Positions 49,004 through 59,089 of a stretch of 64,000 bases of DNA are shown one piece after another (positions within the stretch are counted from its first letter, which is position 1; each line of letters opens with the position of its first letter). Both the position numbers and the translations under genes were made by a program. The stretch covers positions 1 through 64,000 of the forward strand of contig JAZDQA010000012.1 in assembly GCA_043797085.1 (NCBI GenBank), written 5' to 3'. The notes beneath the pieces are model-generated. The model saw nothing but the letters and a program-made list of their open reading frames with translations, ran no database searches and was not told the DNA's origin. The stretch is from Pseudomonadota bacterium. GTDB taxonomy: Bacteria > Campylobacterota > Campylobacteria > Campylobacterales > Sulfurimonadaceae.

Positions 49004-50506
49004 TTGTCACCTTATCATTCATCGTTGGAGAGGATTACTATCGTGTTGTTTTCATTTTTATCATACCTATTTCCGTCGAAACCTATTAAAATCAATGAAA
49101 AGACTAATCTATCTGAACAAGAAAAACAAAGTGCGTCACAAAAAATACTTGAGGATTCTATCCTTGATGCTAATGGAGTATTACTTAAAGATTTCACGCT
49201 CTTTCATCACAACACTTCACTCTTCGTTGATTTATTAATTTTTTTACCCCATTATGGTCTTTATCTAGGTGAAAAAATATCATGGAAAAACTCAGATTTA
49301 AAAGGTGCGAGTGTTGAGCGTTCTTCACGAAAAAGTAAAAAAACATCTACTACCCGCCTTGAATCAACAGAAAAAATACTCCATCAGAAACTTGAAGATA
49401 TTTTATCTTTTGACTCCACCCCAATTGAGCGATTTTTTTGGATGGAATATCTCAGTGAAGCAGAATTTGATGCCCTTGATCCCTCTTTTCACAAACTGCT
49501 TCCTAAAGAAAGGTTACTATTTTGTGATGATACTATTCAAAGTATTCAAAATAAACTTGTGTCACTGGGAACCTATCAGAAGACACCCTATTCAAAGCTA
49601 AAGCTAATCGGATCACTTCGAGCCCATACCTTATTGCTACCAACAGCTACAGAGCCTTTTGGAGCCTTTTTAGACGATGATCAGCAAATATTTATAGACG
49701 CTCCCCTTACCCAATCTCCTCTTGTGCTTGGAGGGGCTTGTGCCAGTGGTAAAAGTACGGTTCTTGTCCGAAAAATACTTCAAATACTTCTTGAAGATTC
49801 CCGTGCCAAAATTATGATTATTACCCCAACACTTCTTAACGGGGAAACACTTCGTCAAGAGCTTATAGCCTTGGCTGATTTTGCCGTCGTACACCTTGAT
49901 TTTTCACGACTTCAATTTTTAAGTCCAAATCAACTCTATACCCCTATTGATACCAATGAGTTTCCAAGCGATATGACTCATATTGTATGTGATGATGTAC
50001 AGCTGTTGGATATTTCCTCTTTTCTTGATCTCACTGCAAGTTCAAAAGAAAAATTCATTATTCTAAGCGGTTCTATACTCGAAGAAAATACCCCACAACA
50101 AACATTAAAGCATATTTATCGAAATCCTTCGATTCAGTTCGTACATTTTTCTCACACCAAAGGGGCACTTTATACCCTCTTATCCGGATTAAGGAACCAC
50201 TTGGATCTTCTCTCTGCTTCCCCTGTTATGATTATTCTTCCCAATGAAGAACTTTTAGATGAATATAAAAATGCTATCGATGAATATTTGCATCTTGAAT
50301 CACGTATACTCAATACATCGTTTAGCTTACAATACAAAAGCCTTGAATTTATCACGCTATCGACCTTGGAGTTTATCAGCTCTCTTAGTGTTTCCCATTG
50401 CTATCTCATTAATATTGACCCCAATAACCACCTTTATCCTCTTGCGTTAAGCCGGGCATCAGAGAGCGTCACTATAATTTCTGAAGATCTTCACACGTTA
50501 TCTTAA
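49004..50506 (+). CDS. NERD-like nuclease domain fused to a shortened SF1 (UvrD-like) helicase/P-loop NTPase
   Basis: VDLLIFLPHYGLYLGE; DDDQQ Q-motif; GACASGKST Walker A; IVCDDVQ Walker B-like; YPLALSRA motif VI; start uncertain. Confidence 0.65.
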   Translation: MSPYHSSLERITIVLFSFLSYLFPSKPIKINEKTNLSEQEKQSASQKILEDSILDANGVLLKDFTLFHHNTSLFVDLLIFLPHYGLYLGEKISWKNSDLKGASVERSSRKSKKTSTTRLESTEKILHQKLEDILSFDSTPIERFFWMEYLSEAEFDALDPSFHKLLPKERLLFCDDTIQSIQNKLVSLGTYQKTPYSKLKLIGSLRAHTLLLPTATEPFGAFLDDDQQIFIDAPLTQSPLVLGGACASGKSTVLVRKILQILLEDSRAKIMIITPTLLNGETLRQELIALADFAVVHLDFSRLQFLSPNQLYTPIDTNEFPSDMTHIVCDDVQLLDISSFLDLTASSKEKFIILSGSILEENTPQQTLKHIYRNPSIQFVHFSHTKGALYTLLSGLRNHLDLLSASPVMIILPNEELLDEYKNAIDEYLHLESRILNTSFSLQYKSLEFITLSTLEFISSLSVSHCYLINIDPNNHLYPLALSRASESVTIISEDLHTLS

Positions 50507-50528
50507 ACCATACACAAAAGGAATAACC

Positions 50529-51059
50529 ATGCGTCTTCTACTCTCTTTGCTGCTATCTTATAGCTTTGCACTTGCTGCTCATCCAACGGTCCTACTTCAA
50601 ACAACCCAAGGTGATTTAACGCTTGAACTTTATGAAGATGTTGCCCCTCTCGCGGTTGAAAACTTCAAAACACACATAAAAAATGGCTACTATAACGGTC
50701 TCACTTTTCACCGTATTATCAAAAATTTCATGGTTCAGGGGGGGGATCCTACCGGAACCGGTGCAGGCGGCGAATCAATCTGGAAAAAACCGTTTAAAGA
50801 TGAATTCAAATCAGGGGTAGTCTTTAATCAAGCGGGAATCTTAGCCATGGCAAATGCAGGACCTCGTACGAATGGAAGTCAGTTTTTTATCACGACTGCA
50901 CCCACACCATGGCTCAATGGCTATCACACTATTTTTGGTAAAGTAATTAAAGGTTCAGATACCCTCAACAAACTTAATAACATCCAAACCAATGGTCAGC
51001 AAAATGGTGATCGACCAATTCAAACGCAAAAAATAATCAAAGCCACATTGCTTCCCTAA
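50529..51059 (+). CDS. Cyclophilin-type peptidyl-prolyl isomerase with signal peptide
   Basis: FHRIIKNFMVQGGDP, AMANAGP, NGSQFFIT, HTIFG. Confidence 0.96.
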   Translation: MRLLLSLLLSYSFALAAHPTVLLQTTQGDLTLELYEDVAPLAVENFKTHIKNGYYNGLTFHRIIKNFMVQGGDPTGTGAGGESIWKKPFKDEFKSGVVFNQAGILAMANAGPRTNGSQFFITTAPTPWLNGYHTIFGKVIKGSDTLNKLNNIQTNGQQNGDRPIQTQKIIKATLLP

Positions 51060-51896
51060 TTATTTAGGGAGTTTTGCTAAGGAGTCTAAAACGCTCTTTT
51101 GCGTCCCTTGATCAAGCTTTTTATCATTGGACACAAACATATAGAACTCAACACGTCGATTTTTAGCTCGATTAGCTTCGGTGCTGTTCGTTGCGAGCGG
51201 TTTAGCTGCTCCAAATCCTGCGCTTGATATTCGTTCCGCACTTACTCCATTTTTAATCAATTCTCTCACTACTGTTGCAGCACGAGCACTCGATAGATCC
51301 AAGTTATCGCGATATGCAGAACCTTTCGGAAGAATCTGATTGTCGGTATAACCACGCACTGAAATATCAACCGTCGGAGGGAGTGTTTTGATAATATCTG
51401 CCACTCTTTTTACGAAGCGATGCATCTCTTCATCGTCTAACGTAGCATTCGAGCCTCTAAAGGGTATGGTTGCCGGCAATTTAAGCAACGTTCCGTCCAT
51501 ACTCTGATCCAATGCACCCTCACCTACTGAAACATTCTGCATCTGCTCATCTTCCGTACTGCTGGCTTCGGTTTTTCCATCACTTTGACTGGGGTTACTC
51601 TCCAGTACTGCTCCGCCATCTGCAACCGGCATCTGACCGCTGCTTTGCTCGGATGGCGTTTCAGGCGTAGCAGGATCCATAGGGAGAACGGGACTAATCT
51701 CCTGCGGTGCAGGAGCATAATCGTATATTTTTACAAATTCTTCTTTAACGGCACGCATTTTTTCTTTATTGACTGACGCTAATGCATACAAAGCAATGAA
51801 AAGCGCCAACAGAAGACTAAAGAAGTCTGCCGTCGGTACCGCCCATTTTTCACATACTTCACATTGAGGACATGCTTTTGCTTTCTTTTTTCCCAT
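51060..51896 (-). CDS. motB: Flagellar motor stator protein B
   Basis: WAVPTADFFSLLLALFI TM with conserved Asp; OmpA-like domain (GYTD, LSSARA, NRRVEF). Confidence 0.93.
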   Translation of the reverse strand: MGKKKAKACPQCEVCEKWAVPTADFFSLLLALFIALYALASVNKEKMRAVKEEFVKIYDYAPAPQEISPVLPMDPATPETPSEQSSGQMPVADGGAVLESNPSQSDGKTEASSTEDEQMQNVSVGEGALDQSMDGTLLKLPATIPFRGSNATLDDEEMHRFVKRVADIIKTLPPTVDISVRGYTDNQILPKGSAYRDNLDLSSARAATVVRELIKNGVSAERISSAGFGAAKPLATNSTEANRAKNRRVEFYMFVSNDKKLDQGTQKSVLDSLAKLPK

Positions 51897-51908
51897 TTTA
51901 ATGTCTCA

Positions 51909-52679
51909 TTACGTGAATTGGCTATGCTTCTCTTCCGCAGGAGAGAGATAGTTAAGCAATTTAGCTTCAAGTGTTCTAGGATTGTCGCCATGAACAATTC
52001 CGATAATTCCAATAAGCATTACTTTTTGTTCTTTAACAATATGATGGGATTTTGCAATCATTTTTCGCCCCCATGGTCCAAGCAAAACGTAGGATGAAAA
52101 AATCCCTGTTACCGTTGCTGTAAACGCTCCTGCAATACCCTGTGCCATTTCCGCTGGATTATCAAGTTTTTGAAGTGCCAAAATAAGACCCAAAACCGCT
52201 CCGATAAGTCCCATAACCGGCGAAGTTTCCCCGGCAAGAATCCAATAGTGTCCACACCCATGATAATAGTGCTCAGTCTCTTCAATTACCGCTTCAAGCG
52301 TTGCTTCGATGGTTTCGATTTCATTCCCATCAACCGCCATACTCAAGCCTTGCTTTAAAAACGCATTGTCAAGTTCTGCAACTTTTTTTTCTAACGAAAG
52401 GAGTCCGTCACGACGAGCCATCAACGCCAAATCAACAATCTCTTTGATCCGTTCTTCCAGATTCACAGGAGATTTTTTAAACACCATGCCAAGATTTTTG
52501 AAAGCACCTTTTACAAATTCTCCATCCGTTGCAACTGCTGCTGCAGCCATAGTAGTGGGGAAAATAACAATAAGAGACGCTAAATGGATAATGTGCAGAG
52601 GATTTCCACCGTCAATAATATCACCTGTACTAATAGAAGCGACCGCTATCAGCAGACCTAAAATAACCGTTAAATCCAA
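51909..52679 (-). CDS. motA: Flagellar motor stator protein A
   Basis: ARRDGLLSLE, GETSPVMGLIGAVLGL, GIAGAFTATVTG. Confidence 0.95.
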   Translation of the reverse strand: MDLTVILGLLIAVASISTGDIIDGGNPLHIIHLASLIVIFPTTMAAAAVATDGEFVKGAFKNLGMVFKKSPVNLEERIKEIVDLALMARRDGLLSLEKKVAELDNAFLKQGLSMAVDGNEIETIEATLEAVIEETEHYYHGCGHYWILAGETSPVMGLIGAVLGLILALQKLDNPAEMAQGIAGAFTATVTGIFSSYVLLGPWGRKMIAKSHHIVKEQKVMLIGIIGIVHGDNPRTLEAKLLNYLSPAEEKHSQFT

Positions 52680-52765
52680 AGGAACTCCTTCTCCGCTAAA
52701 CTAATTTTATTTTTATTGTTTCTATAACTCATAATCGGTCGATTGTACCTTGTTTTTGCTGAAAA

Positions 52766-53932
52766 CTATGATTTTTTCTCTTTATCAGGATAGAAAAAAT
52801 TGTAAAGAATTTTGATCAGAATCATCAAAAAAATACCGCTACCCATACTGGCAACAATAAAAGCATTGTATTCTTCATGAGAAATTGCATGTGCGCTGTA
52901 TCCAAGTGTCGCTATCGCTACGGTAAACGTTAACGGCATTGAATCGCTTAGTGAAAAAAGTATGGTATTTTTAATTCCCAAATAGCCACTGTACGCGACA
53001 AAAGAGCTCAGTAATCGAATACCGATAATAGCACTGGCAATAAAAAATGCTGCCATCAAAATTTTAGGGTCAGCAAATGCTTCTAGTGCCAATGTAGATC
53101 CAACATGTATAAAAAAGATTGGGACTAAAAATCCAAAACCAAACGAAGAAAGCTTTTCAGGAAGTTCTTTTTTATGCTTAAAATAGGTTGCAACAAACGT
53201 CCCTGCCAAGAAAGCGCCTAAAACAACATCAATTTTAAGATAAAGCATCACGGCAACCATCATAAACATAAGCGCCATTGAAAAGCGTACATCCTGATCT
53301 TTTCCATCGTCATGAGGCATAATCAGCGTCTTTAGTCCCGGATACCACCAAAAAAGAATTCGAATCCCTTTGAAAAAAAGGACAAATCCGATCATAAATG
53401 CAAATAATCCCCCCAGTGTAAAGGCAAATTCACGGTTATATCCGTATTCCAACCCACCGCTAAGAATTGTAAGTGCCATAATGCTCACCAATTCCCCGAT
53501 AATCCCGATATTGAGAGCCAAGGCAAGCCATGGCTGATTTTTACCGTACTCCTTTACCAGTGCCATCAGCATACCCAGTGAAAAGATCGGAAAAGCGACC
53601 AAATAAACGGCACTCAAATCAAAATAGAAAAACAAGGCAAGCGAACATCCATAGAGCATAGCAAAATAAATAATAGTTCGGCGCAAAAGAGATGATTTGG
53701 CAAATCCGAATTCTTTAAGATTGACTTCCATCCCAGCCAAGAACATCAAATATAAAAATCCTACTTTTGCAATAATTTTAAAAAGTTCATTTTCAACTAA
53801 AAATCCAAAATAAGCGGCTACACTCCCCAGTAATATTTCAACGACGACTACCGGGATTTTTGTGACTCTCGACAAGAAAGGAGAAAACATCACGAGAAGT
53901 GATAAGGTAATAATAACAACCGTTGTGCTCAT
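52766..53932 (-). CDS. Cation:proton antiporter (CPA2 family)
   Basis: About 12 TM helices; GFLYLMFLAGMEV, GAFLAG, GFLVPIFFIHVG. Confidence 0.9.
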   Translation of the reverse strand: MSTTVVIITLSLLVMFSPFLSRVTKIPVVVVEILLGSVAAYFGFLVENELFKIIAKVGFLYLMFLAGMEVNLKEFGFAKSSLLRRTIIYFAMLYGCSLALFFYFDLSAVYLVAFPIFSLGMLMALVKEYGKNQPWLALALNIGIIGELVSIMALTILSGGLEYGYNREFAFTLGGLFAFMIGFVLFFKGIRILFWWYPGLKTLIMPHDDGKDQDVRFSMALMFMMVAVMLYLKIDVVLGAFLAGTFVATYFKHKKELPEKLSSFGFGFLVPIFFIHVGSTLALEAFADPKILMAAFFIASAIIGIRLLSSFVAYSGYLGIKNTILFSLSDSMPLTFTVAIATLGYSAHAISHEEYNAFIVASMGSGIFLMILIKILYNFFYPDKEKKS

Positions 53933-53936
53933 ACCG

Positions 53937-55076
53937 CTAATCTCTCAATTCTTGCCATAAAGCAATGGCTTGAACATGCTCTTTGACATCATGGACACGA
54001 ACAATAGAAGCGCCCTCTTCAATCGCTTTAAGATGGATAGCCAACGTTCCGCCGAGACGATTTTCGCTGTTTGAGGGTGAAACAGAATCAATCATTGATT
54101 TACGGCTCGCACCTACCAATAACGGTTTCCCAAAAGCCAAAAAATGTTTTTGATGGCGTATCAATTCCAAATTATCGTCTAGCCGTTTTCCAAAACCGAT
54201 ACCGCAATCTAAAATCACATCAGAAATTCCAAATTTATCTGCTTTTTCTAAACGTTCAACAAAAAAATTCTCCACTTCATGAAGTATGGAAGTATATTGC
54301 GGGTTACTTTGCATAGCATGAGGATCCCCAAGTGCATGCATAATGACTACGGCAGCCTTATGTGCAGCGCAGAGTTTTGCAACCTCATCATTGACTAGGC
54401 CTGTAATATCATTAATAATATGAAATCCTCTCTCAAGTGCATACGCAATCACTTTTGGAGTATAACTGTCCAAACTCAAACGAATTCTTTTATACGTTTT
54501 TTCATGGTAAAGCAGATCAATAATAGGCTTTACTCGGGTCAATTCTTCTTTAGCGCTGATCCCAACGCTTCCCGGACGGCTCGAAACGCCTCCGATGTCG
54601 ATAATGTCTGCACCCTGAACTATCATCTCTTCGATTTTTTCTACCGCGCTTGACTCTTTAAATCGACTTAACGCGTAAAAGCTGTCATCATTGGCATTGA
54701 TAATACCCATAACCTCGACTTTTTGAGGGAAATGCATTCCACAAAAACGCGCCAATTCCTGTGAAACACTTTTGAGACCAAAGGGTTGAGCTTTCTCTTT
54801 TTGCACCAACTCTTTTAATTGTCTCTCATTGGCGATTAACAGTGCATTCACATGAGGAGTTGATGCAGTTACAGTCCCTTTTGGGACAGCTAAATCTGCC
54901 CCAATACTCAAAGCATCTTGCTTGAGAATATTGGCAGCGCCTACATGCAAATTTTTGATGGCAATCAGATGTATTTGCCCTTTGTCACTCAAAATAGTGA
55001 CCCCTCCACCATCAACACCAAGCTCTTTAAGCATTTTTTTAAGATTAAAGGAAGAAGAGAGATGTTCAACGTGCAC
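53937..55076 (-). CDS. folP: Dihydropteroate synthase with N-terminal extension
   Basis: MGIINANDDSF, DIGGVSSRPG, DCGIGFGK, GASRKS, RVHDV. Confidence 0.95.
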   Translation of the reverse strand: MHVEHLSSSFNLKKMLKELGVDGGGVTILSDKGQIHLIAIKNLHVGAANILKQDALSIGADLAVPKGTVTASTPHVNALLIANERQLKELVQKEKAQPFGLKSVSQELARFCGMHFPQKVEVMGIINANDDSFYALSRFKESSAVEKIEEMIVQGADIIDIGGVSSRPGSVGISAKEELTRVKPIIDLLYHEKTYKRIRLSLDSYTPKVIAYALERGFHIINDITGLVNDEVAKLCAAHKAAVVIMHALGDPHAMQSNPQYTSILHEVENFFVERLEKADKFGISDVILDCGIGFGKRLDDNLELIRHQKHFLAFGKPLLVGASRKSMIDSVSPSNSENRLGGTLAIHLKAIEEGASIVRVHDVKEHVQAIALWQELRD

Positions 55077-55689
55077 GCTTGGCTTCTTTGAGAAAATTCA
55101 TCAACAGCATAATCAGAATGCTTTGTATCCGTCCATTGAGCTCGATAAGTCGAAATGCTTTTTCAAATCCCTCTATTTGTACGGAGGATAAACTGTACCG
55201 TTCTTCATACACAGCATGATGAAAAAGGTTTTCAATCAACTCTTTTGCTTCATGTTTTTTGAGCTTATCGTGCTCTTTTACCCATCTAAACATCTCTGAA
55301 ATATCCAGTTGGCGCAGTACCAAAGAAATGGGCTTATGGTTTTTATCCTCTTGCTCGACTTGCAGTGACATTCGAGAGCGAACCGTTGGTAAAAATGTAC
55401 TTTTATTAGAAGCCATTAAAATAAAGACAATATTTCTAGGGGGTTCTTCGAGGATTTTCAGCAAAGCATTTTGGGCAGGAACGGTGAAACTTTTTGCTCC
55501 AATAATAAGCGTTTTAGTATTTTCTTCACTTTTATACGCTTCGGCAATCACTTCTTTAGCGTCTTCAATTTTAAAATCTTCACAGATAAAACAGACACTT
55601 CGCAAAGGCAATAAGGTTTGCTCGATTTCCAGTGATTTTTCTTCAAATCGCTGGGTGATAATGATACCTCCTCGCTCAAGCGTGAACAT
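55066..55689 (-). CDS. holB: DNA polymerase III delta-prime subunit (short form)
   Basis: AQNALLKILEEPP, LPTVRSR. Confidence 0.9.
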   Translation of the reverse strand: MFTLERGGIIITQRFEEKSLEIEQTLLPLRSVCFICEDFKIEDAKEVIAEAYKSEENTKTLIIGAKSFTVPAQNALLKILEEPPRNIVFILMASNKSTFLPTVRSRMSLQVEQEDKNHKPISLVLRQLDISEMFRWVKEHDKLKKHEAKELIENLFHHAVYEERYSLSSVQIEGFEKAFRLIELNGRIQSILIMLLMNFLKEAKRAR

Positions 55690-56227
55690 CTATCTCCCCA
55701 AATAATACACCGGCTAACGTGCGGTCAAGAAGCCGATAAAGCTGAAGAAGCTTGATGTCAATGTGTGAATCATACGATCTAAGTAACAAAGAATTGGGAT
55801 AATTTTCATCCATCATCCAAATGAATGCACCGTTGGAACGCTTGACGATGTCAGCACGACGTTCATCGCCCCCTTTTCCAATGTACCAAAAGAAATATTT
55901 TCCATTATAAGAGAGATCCAGCATATCATTGAGCATATCGATCGACTCAGCGTCTCGCATCAAATTTAAATGCGGATGCAGCGCTTCTAAAGAGACGATT
56001 GGAATCATAGGACGCTCTTTGGTGCGTTTGTTGATTGATTCAGTAATATAGTGTGAAAACCATCGTCGTTCATGATCGGTCACAACAACAATCGTGTGTC
56101 CTTGCATGATTTGATCCATGACATTCACAATTTGGGGAATCCACTCATAGCGTTGTTCTTCAAACCAGCTCATTGATGCCCCCTCAGCGCGTACCGCATC
56201 GAGAGTCCACTGGTCAAATTGACGCAT
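55676..56227 (-). CDS. hobA: HobA DnaA-binding replication regulator
   Basis: WTL..VR, SWFEEQRYEW, FFWYIG, DIKLLQLYRL; lysC-hobA-holB order typical of Campylobacterota. Confidence 0.88.
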   Translation of the reverse strand: MRQFDQWTLDAVRAEGASMSWFEEQRYEWIPQIVNVMDQIMQGHTIVVVTDHERRWFSHYITESINKRTKERPMIPIVSLEALHPHLNLMRDAESIDMLNDMLDLSYNGKYFFWYIGKGGDERRADIVKRSNGAFIWMMDENYPNSLLLRSYDSHIDIKLLQLYRLLDRTLAGVLFGEIDVHA

Positions 56228-57438
56228 TACTGATCCAACGAATAGGCACTGTGAAGTGAGCGAACCGATAGTTCGGCGTATTTTTCAGCAACGACCATCG
56301 ACACTTTGATCTCAGAGGTTGAAATCATCATAATGTTGATGTTTTCACGTGCCATGGTTTGAAACGCTTTTGCCGCAACACCGGTATGTGATTTCATTCC
56401 CACACCGACGATGGATACTTTACAAATATTTTCATCGTAACTGGCTTCGCTAATCTCACCTTCACCCACAAACTGTTCAACAATGTTTTTAGCATCCAAT
56501 AATTCTGTTTTAGGGACAGTAAAATCAAGACTGGTTTTCCCATCATGCCCAAGCGTTTGAATAATCATATCAATGTTAACACTGTTGTCTGCCAAACGGG
56601 TAAAAATATCCGACGCAATTCCCGGACGGTCAATAACACCGCTCAACGATACACGAGCTTGATTTTTATCCAGCGCAATGCCGCTAACGAGTGGTTTTTC
56701 CATAATATTCTCTTCCTTTGTAATAAGTGTCCCCTCAGCATCGGTGAAACTGGAGCGGGTTACGAGGTTAACATTGAGTTTTTTTGCAAGCTCAACCGAA
56801 CGATTTTGAAGGACTTTTGCCCCAAGTGATGCCAGTTCTAACATCTCGTCATAACTGATTTTATCCATCTTCTTGGCTTTTGGCTCGATACGCGGATCGG
56901 TAGTATAGATCCCATCGACATCGGTGTAAATTTCACATAAATCCGCTTCCAATGCTCCAGCTAGCGCAACTGCAGAGAGATCCGATCCGCCACGTCCCAA
57001 TGTCGTTACTTGACCATCTTCACTGACCCCTTGAAATCCTGCGACAACGACGACCTTGCCCAGTGCCAGCTGTTCGCGCATCAACGAAGGATCAATACTC
57101 TCGATGCGTGCTTTGGTGTGGACATTATCCGTCACGATACCTGCACGACGACCGCTCATAGATACAGCGGGATGCCCCATCGCATTAAGAGCGATGGAAA
57201 GCAATGCTGCCGTTACACGCTCGCCTGAGCTTAAAAGCATATCCACTTCGCTTCGTTCAGGGCTGGCAGTATAATGTTCAGCATACGCAATCAGCTTATT
57301 CGTCTCACCGCTCATAGCTGAGACTACCGCGACGACTTGGTGACCTTCTTTTAGTGTTTTAGCAACACGCATGGCAACATTTTGGATACGCTCCAAATCG
57401 CCAACGCTTGTCCCGCCGAATTTTTGTACGATTACCAT
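56227..57438 (-). CDS. lysC: Aspartate kinase
   Basis: QKFGGTSV, VVSAM, TLGRGGSD, DVDGIYTTDPR, two ACT domains, STSEIK. Confidence 0.97.
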   Translation of the reverse strand: MVIVQKFGGTSVGDLERIQNVAMRVAKTLKEGHQVVAVVSAMSGETNKLIAYAEHYTASPERSEVDMLLSSGERVTAALLSIALNAMGHPAVSMSGRRAGIVTDNVHTKARIESIDPSLMREQLALGKVVVVAGFQGVSEDGQVTTLGRGGSDLSAVALAGALEADLCEIYTDVDGIYTTDPRIEPKAKKMDKISYDEMLELASLGAKVLQNRSVELAKKLNVNLVTRSSFTDAEGTLITKEENIMEKPLVSGIALDKNQARVSLSGVIDRPGIASDIFTRLADNSVNIDMIIQTLGHDGKTSLDFTVPKTELLDAKNIVEQFVGEGEISEASYDENICKVSIVGVGMKSHTGVAAKAFQTMARENINIMMISTSEIKVSMVVAEKYAELSVRSLHSAYSLDQ

Positions 57439-57908
57439 TACAAATATCCCTCCGCTTTAAAATGTAAAATGACTTGTTCATAGATCGGTTTTTTAAAATG
57501 GGCAATGTTTTCAAATAGATCATCCATTCTGACAAAACGGTATTGTTTAAATTCCGGATGCTTGGTATCTAAATCAATCTTTGCCCCCTCTTTAAGACGC
57601 ACGAGATAGTAACGTTGCTTTTGTCCAGCAAACGGTGTCATTTTTGCCGCAACATGCGAAGGAAAATCATAGGCGATCCAGTCAGGATATTCCGCGATTA
57701 TTTCGACTTTCTTAGTCCCTATTTCTTCTTTTAGCTCACGAAAAAGTGCTTCTTCAGCCGATTCGCCCTCATCGATTCCCCCTTGAGGAAACTGCCAAAC
57801 ATTGTTCATATCATTACGTTCAGCAATAAAAATTTCTTTTTTATCAGGATACTCATGGGAAACGATTACCGCAGCAACATTGGGGCGATAAAATTTTGCT
57901 TGACTCAT
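57438..57908 (-). CDS. rppH: RNA pyrophosphohydrolase
   Basis: YRPNV, WQFPQGGIDEGE..ALFRELKEEIG Nudix box, GQKQ. Confidence 0.95.
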   Translation of the reverse strand: MSQAKFYRPNVAAVIVSHEYPDKKEIFIAERNDMNNVWQFPQGGIDEGESAEEALFRELKEEIGTKKVEIIAEYPDWIAYDFPSHVAAKMTPFAGQKQRYYLVRLKEGAKIDLDTKHPEFKQYRFVRMDDLFENIAHFKKPIYEQVILHFKAEGYL

Positions 57909-57980
57909 AATGGATGATCTTTTTAGTTAATTTTGTCGCGTATTGTAAACTATTCGCCATTAAAAATACTATAATCCCGT

Positions 57981-59042
57981 ATGCTTTTATACATTCATAT
58001 CCCTTTTTGCGACAGCAAATGCTCTTATTGTGCCTTCAACTCCTATGTTGATAAATTTTCACAGCGTGAGCACTACATGCAGGCTCTTAGTGTTCAACTC
58101 GATTTCGAACTCAAACGTTTTAGTGTCAGCGAGATAAATAGAATCGAAACCGTCTTTATCGGCGGCGGAACTCCCTCAACAGTCGATCCGAGTCTGTATA
58201 CAGAAATTTTCAATACTATTCGCCCTTTTTTAGCTCCCAATGCTGAGATTACCTCTGAAGCCAATCCCAACAGCGCAACATTCGAGTGGCTAGAGGGGAT
58301 GTATGAACTTGGTGTCAACCGAATCAGCTTTGGAGTACAGAGTTTTAATGATAAAAAACTTAAAATCTTAGGACGTGCTCATAACACATCTCATGCACTC
58401 AATGCTATTCATAATGCTCAAAAAATTGGATTTAAACACCTATCGGTTGATCTTATTTATGGAGTGGCAGGTGATACGAAAGAACTTTTGCAAAATGATA
58501 TTACCCATGCTTTTTCTCTTCCCATCGATCATATCAGCCTCTATTCTCTCACCATCGAAGAGCATACTGCCTTTGAAAAAACTCCACAACTCGCACGAGA
58601 AGAACTGGAACTGACCCAATGGCTTTTTGAAAAAATTGCCTCTCAAGGATTTGAGCAATACGAAATTTCAAACTTCGGTAAAAATAAATCGATTCATAAC
58701 CTTGGATACTGGGAGGGGAAAAACTACATCGGTCTAGGGGCCGGTGCTGTTGGGTTTTTAAACAACTGTCGATTTTATCCTTCTGTGGATATTGACTATT
58801 ACATAGAACATCCGCTCGAAATCAGCGAAGAGTTCCTCGATGAAAAAGCGCTTAAATCTGAAAAACTTTTTTTAGGATTTCGCAGCTACATTGGGGTGGA
58901 TGAAAAAATCCTCACTAAAAATCAACTCAAAACCGCTCAACTACTTTGCGACGAGAAGATGCTAAGTCATCACGATGGGCGCTACTTTAACCCTAATTTT
59001 CTCCTTGCGGATGAAATTGCATTGAGAGTTGAGGGTTATTAA
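57981..59042 (+). CDS. hemW: Radical SAM heme chaperone HemW (HemN-like)
   Basis: YIHIPFCDSKCSYCAF, GGGTPS, EANP, YEISNF, HNLGYW. Confidence 0.9.
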   Translation: MLLYIHIPFCDSKCSYCAFNSYVDKFSQREHYMQALSVQLDFELKRFSVSEINRIETVFIGGGTPSTVDPSLYTEIFNTIRPFLAPNAEITSEANPNSATFEWLEGMYELGVNRISFGVQSFNDKKLKILGRAHNTSHALNAIHNAQKIGFKHLSVDLIYGVAGDTKELLQNDITHAFSLPIDHISLYSLTIEEHTAFEKTPQLAREELELTQWLFEKIASQGFEQYEISNFGKNKSIHNLGYWEGKNYIGLGAGAVGFLNNCRFYPSVDIDYYIEHPLEISEEFLDEKALKSEKLFLGFRSYIGVDEKILTKNQLKTAQLLCDEKMLSHHDGRYFNPNFLLADEIALRVEGY

Positions 59043-59089
59043 ATCTTTTTTTGCTAAAATTGCTTTATCTTTAGCATTAGGCAAATAAT

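Noticed and set aside
53937..55689. N-terminally extended folP and short holB
   Set aside because: Both forms are, to my knowledge, normal in Campylobacterota
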